Program-made: the position numbers and the translations under genes | Virus record (IMG/VR): IMGVR_UViG_3300034284_000578 | Span: 1-64,000 of that record | Origin: a virus | Length of the DNA stretch: 64,000 nt | Direction: 5' to 3' (one strand) | The notes under the pieces: model-generated | Database searches by the model: none | What the model was told of the DNA's origin: nothing | The model's input: the letters and a program-made list of their open reading frames with translations, nothing else | Part shown: positions 45,839 to 56,524 of the stretch, one piece after another | Layout of the letters: each line of letters starts with the position of its first letter | Numbering within the stretch: the first letter of the stretch is position 1

Positions 45839-48800
45839 ATGCCAAATATTACTACATCAATAACTATTCAGCCCACAATAAGCAGTTTGGATTCTTTAAT
45901 AAATAGTCCGAATAATGCATATAATCAAGCATTGGGATCTTTGCCGGATGTTCCGCCACCCCCACCACCATCAACAGATGTGGTTATTGAAACCGATACA
46001 ACAACAGATTTCGTATTCACTACAGACACAACAACAGATTTCGTATTCACTACAGACACAACAACAGATTTCGTATTCACTACAGACACAACAACAGATT
46101 TCGTATTCACTACAGACACAACAACAGATGTTGTTGTTCCTCCATTGGATACTGATGTATCCGCATTAGACTACACTGTTTGGGCAGCAGCATGGCAACG
46201 TGATGTAAATGTAAATGCACATTCTGTTGTTCCTATGATTTGGGTTGATCCTATGGGTGGATGGGGAGGACCAGGAACTACAGATGTATTTACAGATGAT
46301 GTGGTAAGTTCAACAAAATATAATCAATTTAAAACAACACTATTAAATGTACCAGAGGGAAGAAGAGTAATACAACCAACATTTTGGGCAGCAGTTCCAC
46401 CAAATTTAAATTGGTCACCTCTTACTTTTATTGATTATTATACTGCTTTGGATGGAACTACTTTTGATGGAAGAAATATTTCTTGGACACCATGGCAAGA
46501 AAATATTATTGATGATGCAAAAACAAGTTTTAATCAATTTTTGGGTAGATGTAAAGCGGATGGTTTAACTTTTAATTATATAACTGATAACACTTATTAT
46601 GGTGATGGTGGTGCCCCAAGTATATGGAATTTATCAAAACCACCTGTAAGTGATAGAGATGCATACAAGATATACGTTTCAACCACCGGAAATGATAATT
46701 GGACTGGTCTATTCCCATATACTACAGGAACAAATGGACCAGTAAAAACAATTAAAAAGGCATCTGAACTTGCTAGAAATTATACAGGCAATAAAAACGT
46801 TGAAATTCAAATTCGTCAAGGTACATATCGTATGCTTGGCACAGATGCAAATCCTATCTTTTACTTAAATGAATCGAATAGTGGTAAAGAAGGAAAGTAT
46901 ATAACTTATAGACCATATAAGAATGAAACAGTCGTTATAAGTGGTGCTGAGGAAATAAGCCACAGTGCATTTACTTTAGTCAACTCTTCAGATTCTAAGT
47001 GGAGCAGAATATCGGCAGAAGCAAGAGGAAATGTTTATGTTGCTGATATTTCTGGTTATGATATTGGGCCCGGAATTCCTTCCATGTGGAATGGTGGAAA
47101 TATGGGTGGTGATGTTGGTAATGTCCAAGATATGCCTGCTTTGCCTGAATTGATTTTCAATGGCAAAACAATGACTGTTGCTAGATGGCCAAATAAAACA
47201 TCACTCAATAGTAATGGATATACTTTTGGTGAATCTGCTGTAATTTCTTCTGTTGTCAGTAGTGGAACAAGCGGGGTGTGGTGTGTAGATCCAACTTATC
47301 TTGGAAGTAATGTCGATTTGTTAACAGATGGTCCGGCGGACGATGCAAGTTGTTATTGTGGTAGTGGTGCCCCACGTAATGAAAATTGCTTTCAAAATGC
47401 AACATTTACATATTCTTCAGATTATGATTCTGTTATTTCAACGTGGAGTAGTGCTGCAATAAATGATGGGATTTGGTTACACGGATTCTGGAGATGGGAT
47501 TGGGCCGATGAAGCATATAAAGTCGTATCCATTAATACTGGTTCTAGAACTATTACTGTAGCATCAAAGAAGTCACAATATGCTGTACAAAATTATTCAC
47601 TTTGCAATCCAACAACTGGAGCATTAGATTCAACAGGAACATATTTATCCAATCCAACACCAAGACGTTGGTTTGCTCTTAATATTTTAGAAGAATTGGA
47701 TACACCCGGTGAATATTACATCGATAGAGCCAACAAAAAGTTATATTTTTGGCCAACAGAAGCAATATCTGCTTCTTCAGAAATACGCATAACACACCGT
47801 GCAGTTGCTGGGCCCGGAGCAAAAGACGACGACGAGAATAGTTTTGAAGTTGGTTATCACCCAAACGGTTTCCCAGACAGAACATGTTCAAAGTGTTTCC
47901 CATATAAAGGTTGGGAGGACACCAATTATGGTTGGTATCAACCCGGCGGCGCTTTGCAATCAAGACATGTTTACAACAGCAAAAACACTTTAAAATCTCT
48001 ATTTAAATTATACAAAACAAAAAATATTATAATTGAGGGATTAACTTTCCGTGATAGTGCTGGTAGTGGAATTGAATTAAATCTATGCGAAAATGTAATT
48101 GTTCGCAAGTGCAAGATTTTTAACGTTAAAAAGGATGGAATAAATGCTATGGGTGGTAAAAATGTTACCATCGATAGTTGCACATTATATGATATTGGTA
48201 GAACTGCAATAATTAATACTGGCGGAAATAGACAAACTTTAGAACCAGCAAATAAATTGGTAACTAAATGTTCCATTAAACGATGGAATAGAAATAAGTA
48301 CAATTATGCTTCTGCTATAATTTTAAATGGCTGTGGCAACACTGCTTCTTATAATTTAATGTCTGATGGTAGTGCAGGTATACTGATTTATGGTGCAAAT
48401 CTAACTGTAGAATATAACCATTTACATAATTTGATTGGAGAAACGGATGATGCTGGAGGAATATATGCAGGCAGAAATACATCATTCATCAACAATGTAA
48501 TCAGATACAATTTCTTTAACAACGTAAAAACTAATCTTCCGGGTGGTTATTATTACAGCAATTCAACAGTTCCGAGTGGTTGTGTTACTGCTGAAAATAA
48601 AAATACAGCAGGAACACACGGTGTTTATTTTGACGATTTAATGTCAAATTGTTCCGTTATTGGAAACGTTTTTTATCAAATTGGTGGTGGTGAAGGATGT
48701 GCCGTATATTTTAATGGTGGTGTGAAAAACACTGTAAACAATAATCTTTTTATTGATTGTAATCGCGCATATGGTGCTGCGGTATCTACAAAAGGTTATT

Positions 48801-51800
48801 GGAATAATCATTTGAATGCTTCAAGAATAGCGATTGTTAATAATTTAAATTATCCTTGGTATGAAACTGGTGGACCGCTCGATTCAAATGGTAAAGAAAC
48901 AAACGTTAGTGGATATAGTCCATACACTTGGTATGGTTCTGGTAATGGAAATACTTCTTGGGCTAATAACTCTTTAGCGGGAATAATGCCTGTTGTTGAT
49001 ATAACTGCCCCAATATATCAACAAACATGCCCACAATTATCTCAAATGATTTCTGTAAATGCTTCAAAGGTTGCAACAATCGTTGAGGATGCTGCACAGT
49101 TTAAAAATAACACAAATAACAACGTAATAATTAATACTCCTTCGAATTCCGATAGGCTTGGAATTAACACCATTAGTGGTGAAACATGGTCGCAAGCAAT
49201 ATATGGAGGGTTTAATGTTGGTTCTGAATTAATAGAAGATACTAACACCGTTATTACTTTTGCTGAAAGAGCAAGTTTAAATTTCAAATTATCTGCTTCG
49301 GATTTGGCAACAATCAGAGCATCGTTGCCAACATTTGAAGATATTCCTTTTGAAAAAATACCAACATTATCTTATGTACCAGAATCTTATACTCAGCAAA
49401 CATATTCAAACTGTGCTGTAGATAATAGACATTACACTTGCGAAAGAGATTTTTCAGATCCAGATGCTTTGGAGGCCATAGTAACTGATAGTAGATTTAC
49501 AAGTACGGTAAATCCAGTAAATGGTAAAACGCTGTCGCAAGATTTTATGGATCGTTATAATGCTATTATTACTGAAACAAATGGCATGGATCGTTCCCTA
49601 TACACAAATCGAAGTTCCAGTTGGTATGTTTCACCAATAGCAACAGCATATAATGTACTATCTCCTAATTTTGGTTACATTGTAGATGTTGGTGAACCAT
49701 TTAGAATGCAACAGTTTCCGTGGTCCAATTCAAGTACAGATGCTGCAACTAGAGCATGGACTGGTGTGACTTTTGATTGGGGAATTTATTATAGAACCAC
49801 TTTCTTTAAGCAACCTCTTGCGAATAACGGTTATTCGAACGTCAAATATTCTATTGATTATTCTTATGCATTAAATGCCGAAGAAGCACAATATGTTCAA
49901 GATCAATATGGTGGTTGGCAAGGAGACATAAGAGAAGATTACCCAGACGCTTTGTATACTCCACCATTATATGGTGAATTGGAAACTGGAATGTTTAATC
50001 GTTACACTTATGCAATAAATCCAGAAAATGATGATCAAAAATATTTGATGGGATTTGTGTGGGAAAATCAAGATTTACCACAAGGTTATTTGAGATTTAC
50101 AAGTCCAATTTGGGTTGCATTCTTAAGAGATATGAAACTATTAAGAGGCATAATTAGATCAAATCCAAACGCTTGGCAAAAATTGACACCTTGGATACCA
50201 AGTCCAGATGGTGGTGATATATCTGGTTCTAGAATGAGATATTCTAGAAGTCAAGGAGAAACGGCATTACAATTCTGGAAAGAAATGATTTTCCATGCTT
50301 GCTTACATGGAACACAACATTTTAATTATTGGAATTCTGGAGCCACATCTACAGTTGGTACAACAAATACATTAGAGTTGCACAATATTTTAGAAGAATG
50401 GCGTCAACGAAGCGGAAATAGTAGAGCGCAACCAGTAACAAATAGTAGAATTGCTGTTAATTCTTCTGTTATTATTAGTGGCGGTAGATTGCTTAGTAGT
50501 AACAAGTATCTTTGGAGAGTAACGGCTAAACCATCATCTTCAGTAACACTTAGAGCATACGGCAATTCTCTTGACAGAACCGACATTCCACAAACAATAA
50601 CTTTAAATAATAACTCAAGAGGTGCTTGGCTTTTGACTGATAGTTCAGTTCCTCCAACTTATGTTCTTGATGAGGGTGGACAACAAGAAGATGTTGAATT
50701 GAAGTATATCACTTTGATGCGAGCAGATTATCATACTCAAATACACAGAGGTCGCGCCATATTTGGAGGCGCTTCTCACGACTATGGTAGTGGAATTGGA
50801 TTTGATCAAAATGGTAAATCTCTCTCGGCTCTTCAATACATTTATAACACAGGTATTACATGGTCAGCTCACTCAGTTGGTAATTTGAATTGGTATTATG
50901 CTGCAAATTATAGATTAGATTCTAATGGAAATGCCATACCTGTCGTAGTTCGGACATCTCCCACAACAACCGTAACTCACTGCAATAATGCATGTTATAG
51001 TAGTAGTGGTTGCTTCCAAGTACCAGGTATTCCTAGCATAATGTTTGTGAAATATATGTCCGAAACCGGCGAATGGGGAGCACCAATGCGTCCAAATGAT
51101 CCATTCCCAAATGGTGCTGGTGGTAGTTTTGAATTTGTAACGGTAAATGGTGTTGTGTTTACAAAACAACCAACAGATAGAGGAAAACCACTAGATTATA
51201 GTTTTACACATTATGGAAACAGCACCAATTCTTCTGGTATTCCTTATAGTTTCTGGGCAAGAACTCCAGCACAAAATGGAAGAAATGATTTGGCATATGA
51301 TTATACTTGGCAAGGAACAGTACAACTTAGACCTGGTCATGAACATGTCATTGACAGTAATAATTTAACAGTAAAATTACGTCAACCTAGCGATGGTGCT
51401 CATCCTAAAAATGAACCGGGAAATATATGGAAGTATAAAGGTTTCGTTTTTGCACCAATAAGACAAGATGATGGATGTGCTGATCATTTGTTTGTCGATC
51501 AATATAAAATGTTGTTAAACCTGTACAAAGCAGAGGAAGAATACAAATATTTTGTAATGAATTTGCCCACAGTACCTTCTTGCATTGTTCAAAGTGCAAC
51601 TTGGAAATCTTTAGTTGCAGAAGAATTTGTAAATGGTGTGTTTAAACCAAAAGAAATATTTGTAAACTATGAAGATGAATTAGTAGATCAAATTCGTTGT
51701 TTAAACATTACTGGCAGAACAGGTCCTAATAATTATGGTAGAATTAATAACCAACCACTAACCAATGAAATATGGGAAAGAATAGTTTCTTATATTAAAT

Positions 51801-54800
51801 TGACCAGAAAAATGAATTATCATATTAAATCGGTATTTGGACCACAAGTTAAAATATCGCACTATGATATGTTTAATTTACCATACTATCAGGAATGGAA
51901 ACAGGGTTGGTGGCCAGCAAAAGATGGTCTTATATGGTCGACGGATTATTACACGGATATAGATAATGGTTGTCCATTCTGTTCTGAATTGGACATAGAT
52001 TACCCAGGTGATGTTGCGTATGCTGCTTTACCTTTAGAACAAAAACTAGTTTTTATACGCAAAGCAGTCGAAGCATTACAGAGTAAAATATTTAAAATGG
52101 GTGCAGCGATTAGTAAAATGTGTCTATTTGAAAACGTAGAAGGACAACCAGATGTTCTTGACTTGAGACAAGAACTCTCAGAACTATTACCACAAATAGA
52201 TCCTAATTTGTTTATTATTGAAGGATTAAATCACTATCCAAATTCTGCACATGGTGAAATATGTAATAACGTTCACAAATATTATGCTGCAACTCCTAAT
52301 GGATTTAATGAAGCCGCAGATGTAAATTTCAAAAATAATTCAGAAATAAACAAAAGTAGACAACAATCCATACACCACAAAGAACAAGCCAGAGTTGGTA
52401 TGTTTAATAATCAACGATCTGGTAAATTGTATTCTTGGTTTGTTCAGGGAGTTTGTGGTTCTGATGTGGCGGAAGCCATGTATGAATATTACAATTCCAA
52501 TTTGAAAGATAATGCTGGATTTGTAAAATCTTGGACAGATACTAGCTTTGCTGCAACAGAAGTGTCTTCGTTCCCATCTACAGAAACAGATCCAAATCAT
52601 CTTGCTGGAGAAAGAATTTATAAAGTTAAATTTGCACCAAAAAATGCTTTAAGGAGAAGTTTTTTGAAACATATGCCATGGATTAACATGACAAATGATT
52701 TCTTAAATCGTTCTCAAATTGCAACAACAATCAAATATAAAGATGAGGTGATTTGGTCAGATAATAATATTTCCTCTGTTATAACTACAAATTTAAACGG
52801 AATAGCATCAGAACCAAAAGAATATCGCACTGAGGAGTATAACTTAAGACCATGTGCTCAAGGTGAATCACCAGTTTGTGTTTCAAATTGTCAACCAGGC
52901 GAAACACCAACGTTCAGTTGTAGAGATATAGTAGCAAATCCATATATAAAACCAAAACTGATAGAAGATAATTTTAAACTAAGAAACAATAATTTTGATA
53001 CATTTAGTTGTAGTTCAGGAACTGCGGTAGTAGGGACCAATAAATCACCAAATTGTGTATCTTATTGCCATGTTGATCCTGTTGTTCACGGTGCAGGTTC
53101 TACATCATATCCAACAACTAGTCTACTCAAAGCAAGAAGACACATTTATGGATTAGCGGTAGAGTATGCCGGTTATGATGATATGGTAGCAATACCTCTT
53201 GAAGATTTTCCAAATGACATATATTGGGGTGGTTATCTGGGTGCAAATGGGGGCTTTGATCCATTTATCACCACACCTCCTGCAACCGTATCGGCGGCTC
53301 AAGCACTTGATCGACCGGGTTGGCCTCATATTAGAGGAAGTGAAACTGCAAAACGAGCACAAGGATTAGGATTAATTCTTGCTGCAAGAAAAGATTATTC
53401 AATTTACAAATACATTAAAAACCCAACACAAACAAATGTTAGAGATTGGCCACAACCAGCGGCAAACTTTGATGTGGACAGAAGACCAGGTATTGCTGCT
53501 ACTATTACTGTATCTGGTGGACCAGGTGCTGAAGTAGTAATGGGCTATAGTGGTACAAACACAAATAGAGCAGAATTCTTTAAGAAGTGTTTGGATGGAA
53601 GTGGAAATCCAATACCAAATGTTGGTTTCCAAAAACTTATTGATAACTATTTTACATGGAACTATGATAAGGGTGTTCGTAGATTTATGATTTGGACACC
53701 AGGCGGAACTGTATACCACACATATCCAAATGGTGAACGGCCAGCGGTATATACCTCTGCCATCACAAGTTCAATGGAACGTAGAATTTATGAAATTTAT
53801 CAAGTCGCACAAGATGGTGTAACTACAGTAATTAATAAAATTGTAAATCCTGCCGAAGCATGTTGGAGAAATATAACAACTCCAGTTGATGTATTCCCAA
53901 CAGATGGACAAGTTAATACTCTTCTAATACCTGCAACTGTAGCAGAAGCAGAAAGTTATCCTCTTTGCTCTGATACTGATTGGAATGGAACTTCACCTTG
54001 CTTTGATCCTGAAGGTAGAAAAAATGAAGTATTGACTTGTATGGAGCAATGGATTGATTCTCATCCAGACGCAGATGTTGGTGTTTATATGGGTTATACA
54101 ATACCAACCTTAAATGGTGAACCCGAAACTGGAACACCAACAATTATTGGTGATGCTGGTGGTGGTGGTTGGTTGCAAAATGCAGGAGATGCTGTTTGTT
54201 GTGAACCTGAGTGTTCTTTCAGTTTACTTTCAGATGCAAGTAATGGACTTCCTGCTAATAATCAAATCAGAAAACTGTTAGTAAATGGTAATACAATATA
54301 TTCTGTAAATGCTGGTTCGGGTGGATTGTCTATATCCACTGATGGTGGTGCAACATATGTGACCAGAACAACAGCCAATGGTCTTGGAAGTAATACGATT
54401 AGTGATATTTTTGTTGTGGGTAATAATGTATATGCTGCAACTAACGGCGGATTATCTATCTCTACTGATGGTGGTCAAACTTTTATTAACAAAAGTGGTG
54501 GTTCTTCGGGTTTGGGGGGCACCAATTCAGCACATGTTGCTAGGATTAGTGGAGTTTTTGTAAAAAATAATACAATTTATGCCGCAGTTGCGGGAGTTTC
54601 TGGTCCAACAGGAGGACAAACCGGGCTAGGTATTTCAACGGATGGTGGTGCTACTTTTACAATGCGAAATAGGACTAACAGCGGTTTAGGTGGTGGTAGC
54701 AGCGGTTCAGCTTGTAATACAGTATTTGTTGACACCGATAACAAAATTTATGTTGGAACACAGACCGGAGGATTGGGGATTTCAACCAATGGTGGCACCA

Positions 54801-56509
54801 CCTTTACAATGAATGATTTTGGTGTCCAACTAGTTGACGTTCAACGTATAAAACAACTTAATAATAAACTTTATGTTGTTGCAAATAGAATTGGTATTTC
54901 TACTGATGGTGGACAAACATTTACCATTATTACACAAACAACTGCTCCGGGAATAATTCCTGGTTCTAATTTTATAGATTTGACACCAGTAACGAATGAT
55001 ATATTTTATACTAGTACGGGAACTGGTTTATACAAAACTATTAATAATGGACAATCTTTTACTAAAATTGATTTTGGTTACAATGGCTTATCACCAACAT
55101 TAAATAGTTCCACAATAGAAATACACAACAATCTACTTTATATTGCTTCGTCGGCCGGTGGAGGAATAAGAGTAGGAACTAATTGTTTGCCAGCACCTTC
55201 TATTAGAGGATGGCAAATTCCAAATCCAGAAAATAATCCGGCACATGCTGCATTCTTACAATCCGAATTACAACCTTGGATTGATATTGGAATTAATTTC
55301 CTTGGAATGGATGTTGGAGTTGGTATGTTTAATTACCAATATGGTGGTGCATTGTCGTTTGGAGCAAATCCAGTATCGAGAGAACCAGTTGGTGATTATA
55401 AACAATGGTTACAAACAACATTCCCAACCCTAAAAACAATCATTAATGAAGCAATACAACCCGACTGGAAAGCACCAGTATTGGATGAATTTAATAAACC
55501 AGTTGTTGGAAGAACTTATCCAAGAAAAACTCTGTTAAAGACAAATCGTGCAACAGAAGTATGTAAAGGTGTATTGGTTTCTTCTGAAACTTTGGGTGGA
55601 GAGCCTTGGAACACAGTATATACTGACGATTGCTGGCATAACAAAGGAAGAGAAAGATTTAGAAAACTAGATCCTGCTGGAAAAGATTACCGTACAGCGC
55701 AAGATCCTAATAATTTTGTTTATGCGCCAGGTGCATACCAATATTCTGCTTATATGATTCTTCTTAATGGTAATTTGAATTCATCAGAATGGAATATAGG
55801 ATTACACAGTAATGCAAATACCATACAAGGTTGGGGTGGCTTAGATCCAAATAAAATGTGGTGTTGGTATAGAAAAAATACAGAAATTGGTTTATTTGTT
55901 GAAACCTTTTATCTGTTAAGTAAAACAATGAGAGATGCATATAGATTACAAAATCCAAATGAAGTGGATGCCGCTGGAAATAACACATATAATAATCTTT
56001 GGCAATTCACTCCAGCATGGCATGATAAAGGAATTTCTACACCTACTCCCACACCAAGTGGTGTTGCGTCTTGGGATGGTAGAAATATATTGAGAGATAG
56101 TGATACCTACAACAAAGTAAGAAATGAAATGTTTGTCGAAGTTAAAAATTACATAGAAAGAGGATATGTTTATTGGACTTCTCTCGGTAAAGATGCATTC
56201 CAAGTGCTTAAAGATGTACATTCTGATCTATTGAGTTATGTTGCCGGATTTGAATCCGACGACAATATCTTCCCAGAAGACGAAATTACAGAAAATCGTG
56301 CTACAGTTTTGTCGGACGATGTAAAAAATAATATAATAATTTCTACAGTATCTACAAAAGATAATGAAACCCTGTTGGCAACAGTAATAAATAATGAGGA
56401 AATAATTACAACAGATTTTGGTACAGATACTAGTCCGTTTGGAGATCCAGAATTAGTGGATTTTGAACCCAGCCCAGGGGAATTTGGTGGTGGTGGATTT
56501 GGACCATAA
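45839..56509 (+). CDS. Giant 3556-aa mosaic protein with a right-handed beta-helix and a BNR beta-propeller; probable receptor-binding/depolymerase
   Basis: IYVSTTGNDNWTG..GPVKTI, IRQGTY, ARWPN, ELDTPGEYY, DAGGIY; repeated ISTDGG blades; sits between gp7 and gp8. Confidence 0.7.
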   Translation: MPNITTSITIQPTISSLDSLINSPNNAYNQALGSLPDVPPPPPPSTDVVIETDTTTDFVFTTDTTTDFVFTTDTTTDFVFTTDTTTDFVFTTDTTTDVVVPPLDTDVSALDYTVWAAAWQRDVNVNAHSVVPMIWVDPMGGWGGPGTTDVFTDDVVSSTKYNQFKTTLLNVPEGRRVIQPTFWAAVPPNLNWSPLTFIDYYTALDGTTFDGRNISWTPWQENIIDDAKTSFNQFLGRCKADGLTFNYITDNTYYGDGGAPSIWNLSKPPVSDRDAYKIYVSTTGNDNWTGLFPYTTGTNGPVKTIKKASELARNYTGNKNVEIQIRQGTYRMLGTDANPIFYLNESNSGKEGKYITYRPYKNETVVISGAEEISHSAFTLVNSSDSKWSRISAEARGNVYVADISGYDIGPGIPSMWNGGNMGGDVGNVQDMPALPELIFNGKTMTVARWPNKTSLNSNGYTFGESAVISSVVSSGTSGVWCVDPTYLGSNVDLLTDGPADDASCYCGSGAPRNENCFQNATFTYSSDYDSVISTWSSAAINDGIWLHGFWRWDWADEAYKVVSINTGSRTITVASKKSQYAVQNYSLCNPTTGALDSTGTYLSNPTPRRWFALNILEELDTPGEYYIDRANKKLYFWPTEAISASSEIRITHRAVAGPGAKDDDENSFEVGYHPNGFPDRTCSKCFPYKGWEDTNYGWYQPGGALQSRHVYNSKNTLKSLFKLYKTKNIIIEGLTFRDSAGSGIELNLCENVIVRKCKIFNVKKDGINAMGGKNVTIDSCTLYDIGRTAIINTGGNRQTLEPANKLVTKCSIKRWNRNKYNYASAIILNGCGNTASYNLMSDGSAGILIYGANLTVEYNHLHNLIGETDDAGGIYAGRNTSFINNVIRYNFFNNVKTNLPGGYYYSNSTVPSGCVTAENKNTAGTHGVYFDDLMSNCSVIGNVFYQIGGGEGCAVYFNGGVKNTVNNNLFIDCNRAYGAAVSTKGYWNNHLNASRIAIVNNLNYPWYETGGPLDSNGKETNVSGYSPYTWYGSGNGNTSWANNSLAGIMPVVDITAPIYQQTCPQLSQMISVNASKVATIVEDAAQFKNNTNNNVIINTPSNSDRLGINTISGETWSQAIYGGFNVGSELIEDTNTVITFAERASLNFKLSASDLATIRASLPTFEDIPFEKIPTLSYVPESYTQQTYSNCAVDNRHYTCERDFSDPDALEAIVTDSRFTSTVNPVNGKTLSQDFMDRYNAIITETNGMDRSLYTNRSSSWYVSPIATAYNVLSPNFGYIVDVGEPFRMQQFPWSNSSTDAATRAWTGVTFDWGIYYRTTFFKQPLANNGYSNVKYSIDYSYALNAEEAQYVQDQYGGWQGDIREDYPDALYTPPLYGELETGMFNRYTYAINPENDDQKYLMGFVWENQDLPQGYLRFTSPIWVAFLRDMKLLRGIIRSNPNAWQKLTPWIPSPDGGDISGSRMRYSRSQGETALQFWKEMIFHACLHGTQHFNYWNSGATSTVGTTNTLELHNILEEWRQRSGNSRAQPVTNSRIAVNSSVIISGGRLLSSNKYLWRVTAKPSSSVTLRAYGNSLDRTDIPQTITLNNNSRGAWLLTDSSVPPTYVLDEGGQQEDVELKYITLMRADYHTQIHRGRAIFGGASHDYGSGIGFDQNGKSLSALQYIYNTGITWSAHSVGNLNWYYAANYRLDSNGNAIPVVVRTSPTTTVTHCNNACYSSSGCFQVPGIPSIMFVKYMSETGEWGAPMRPNDPFPNGAGGSFEFVTVNGVVFTKQPTDRGKPLDYSFTHYGNSTNSSGIPYSFWARTPAQNGRNDLAYDYTWQGTVQLRPGHEHVIDSNNLTVKLRQPSDGAHPKNEPGNIWKYKGFVFAPIRQDDGCADHLFVDQYKMLLNLYKAEEEYKYFVMNLPTVPSCIVQSATWKSLVAEEFVNGVFKPKEIFVNYEDELVDQIRCLNITGRTGPNNYGRINNQPLTNEIWERIVSYIKLTRKMNYHIKSVFGPQVKISHYDMFNLPYYQEWKQGWWPAKDGLIWSTDYYTDIDNGCPFCSELDIDYPGDVAYAALPLEQKLVFIRKAVEALQSKIFKMGAAISKMCLFENVEGQPDVLDLRQELSELLPQIDPNLFIIEGLNHYPNSAHGEICNNVHKYYAATPNGFNEAADVNFKNNSEINKSRQQSIHHKEQARVGMFNNQRSGKLYSWFVQGVCGSDVAEAMYEYYNSNLKDNAGFVKSWTDTSFAATEVSSFPSTETDPNHLAGERIYKVKFAPKNALRRSFLKHMPWINMTNDFLNRSQIATTIKYKDEVIWSDNNISSVITTNLNGIASEPKEYRTEEYNLRPCAQGESPVCVSNCQPGETPTFSCRDIVANPYIKPKLIEDNFKLRNNNFDTFSCSSGTAVVGTNKSPNCVSYCHVDPVVHGAGSTSYPTTSLLKARRHIYGLAVEYAGYDDMVAIPLEDFPNDIYWGGYLGANGGFDPFITTPPATVSAAQALDRPGWPHIRGSETAKRAQGLGLILAARKDYSIYKYIKNPTQTNVRDWPQPAANFDVDRRPGIAATITVSGGPGAEVVMGYSGTNTNRAEFFKKCLDGSGNPIPNVGFQKLIDNYFTWNYDKGVRRFMIWTPGGTVYHTYPNGERPAVYTSAITSSMERRIYEIYQVAQDGVTTVINKIVNPAEACWRNITTPVDVFPTDGQVNTLLIPATVAEAESYPLCSDTDWNGTSPCFDPEGRKNEVLTCMEQWIDSHPDADVGVYMGYTIPTLNGEPETGTPTIIGDAGGGGWLQNAGDAVCCEPECSFSLLSDASNGLPANNQIRKLLVNGNTIYSVNAGSGGLSISTDGGATYVTRTTANGLGSNTISDIFVVGNNVYAATNGGLSISTDGGQTFINKSGGSSGLGGTNSAHVARISGVFVKNNTIYAAVAGVSGPTGGQTGLGISTDGGATFTMRNRTNSGLGGGSSGSACNTVFVDTDNKIYVGTQTGGLGISTNGGTTFTMNDFGVQLVDVQRIKQLNNKLYVVANRIGISTDGGQTFTIITQTTAPGIIPGSNFIDLTPVTNDIFYTSTGTGLYKTINNGQSFTKIDFGYNGLSPTLNSSTIEIHNNLLYIASSAGGGIRVGTNCLPAPSIRGWQIPNPENNPAHAAFLQSELQPWIDIGINFLGMDVGVGMFNYQYGGALSFGANPVSREPVGDYKQWLQTTFPTLKTIINEAIQPDWKAPVLDEFNKPVVGRTYPRKTLLKTNRATEVCKGVLVSSETLGGEPWNTVYTDDCWHNKGRERFRKLDPAGKDYRTAQDPNNFVYAPGAYQYSAYMILLNGNLNSSEWNIGLHSNANTIQGWGGLDPNKMWCWYRKNTEIGLFVETFYLLSKTMRDAYRLQNPNEVDAAGNNTYNNLWQFTPAWHDKGISTPTPTPSGVASWDGRNILRDSDTYNKVRNEMFVEVKNYIERGYVYWTSLGKDAFQVLKDVHSDLLSYVAGFESDDNIFPEDEITENRATVLSDDVKNNIIISTVSTKDNETLLATVINNEEIITTDFGTDTSPFGDPELVDFEPSPGEFGGGGFGP
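45998..46129 (+). repeat. Perfect 30-bp coding tandem repeat, 4.4 copies (TTTDFVFTTD)
   Basis: ACAACAACAGATTTCGTATTCACTACAGAC repeated with no spacers. Confidence 0.95.
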
Positions 56510-56524
56510 TTAAAGGAACTATAA

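Noticed and set aside
45998-46129. CRISPR array
   Set aside because: The 30-bp units are contiguous, have no spacers and are in-frame coding
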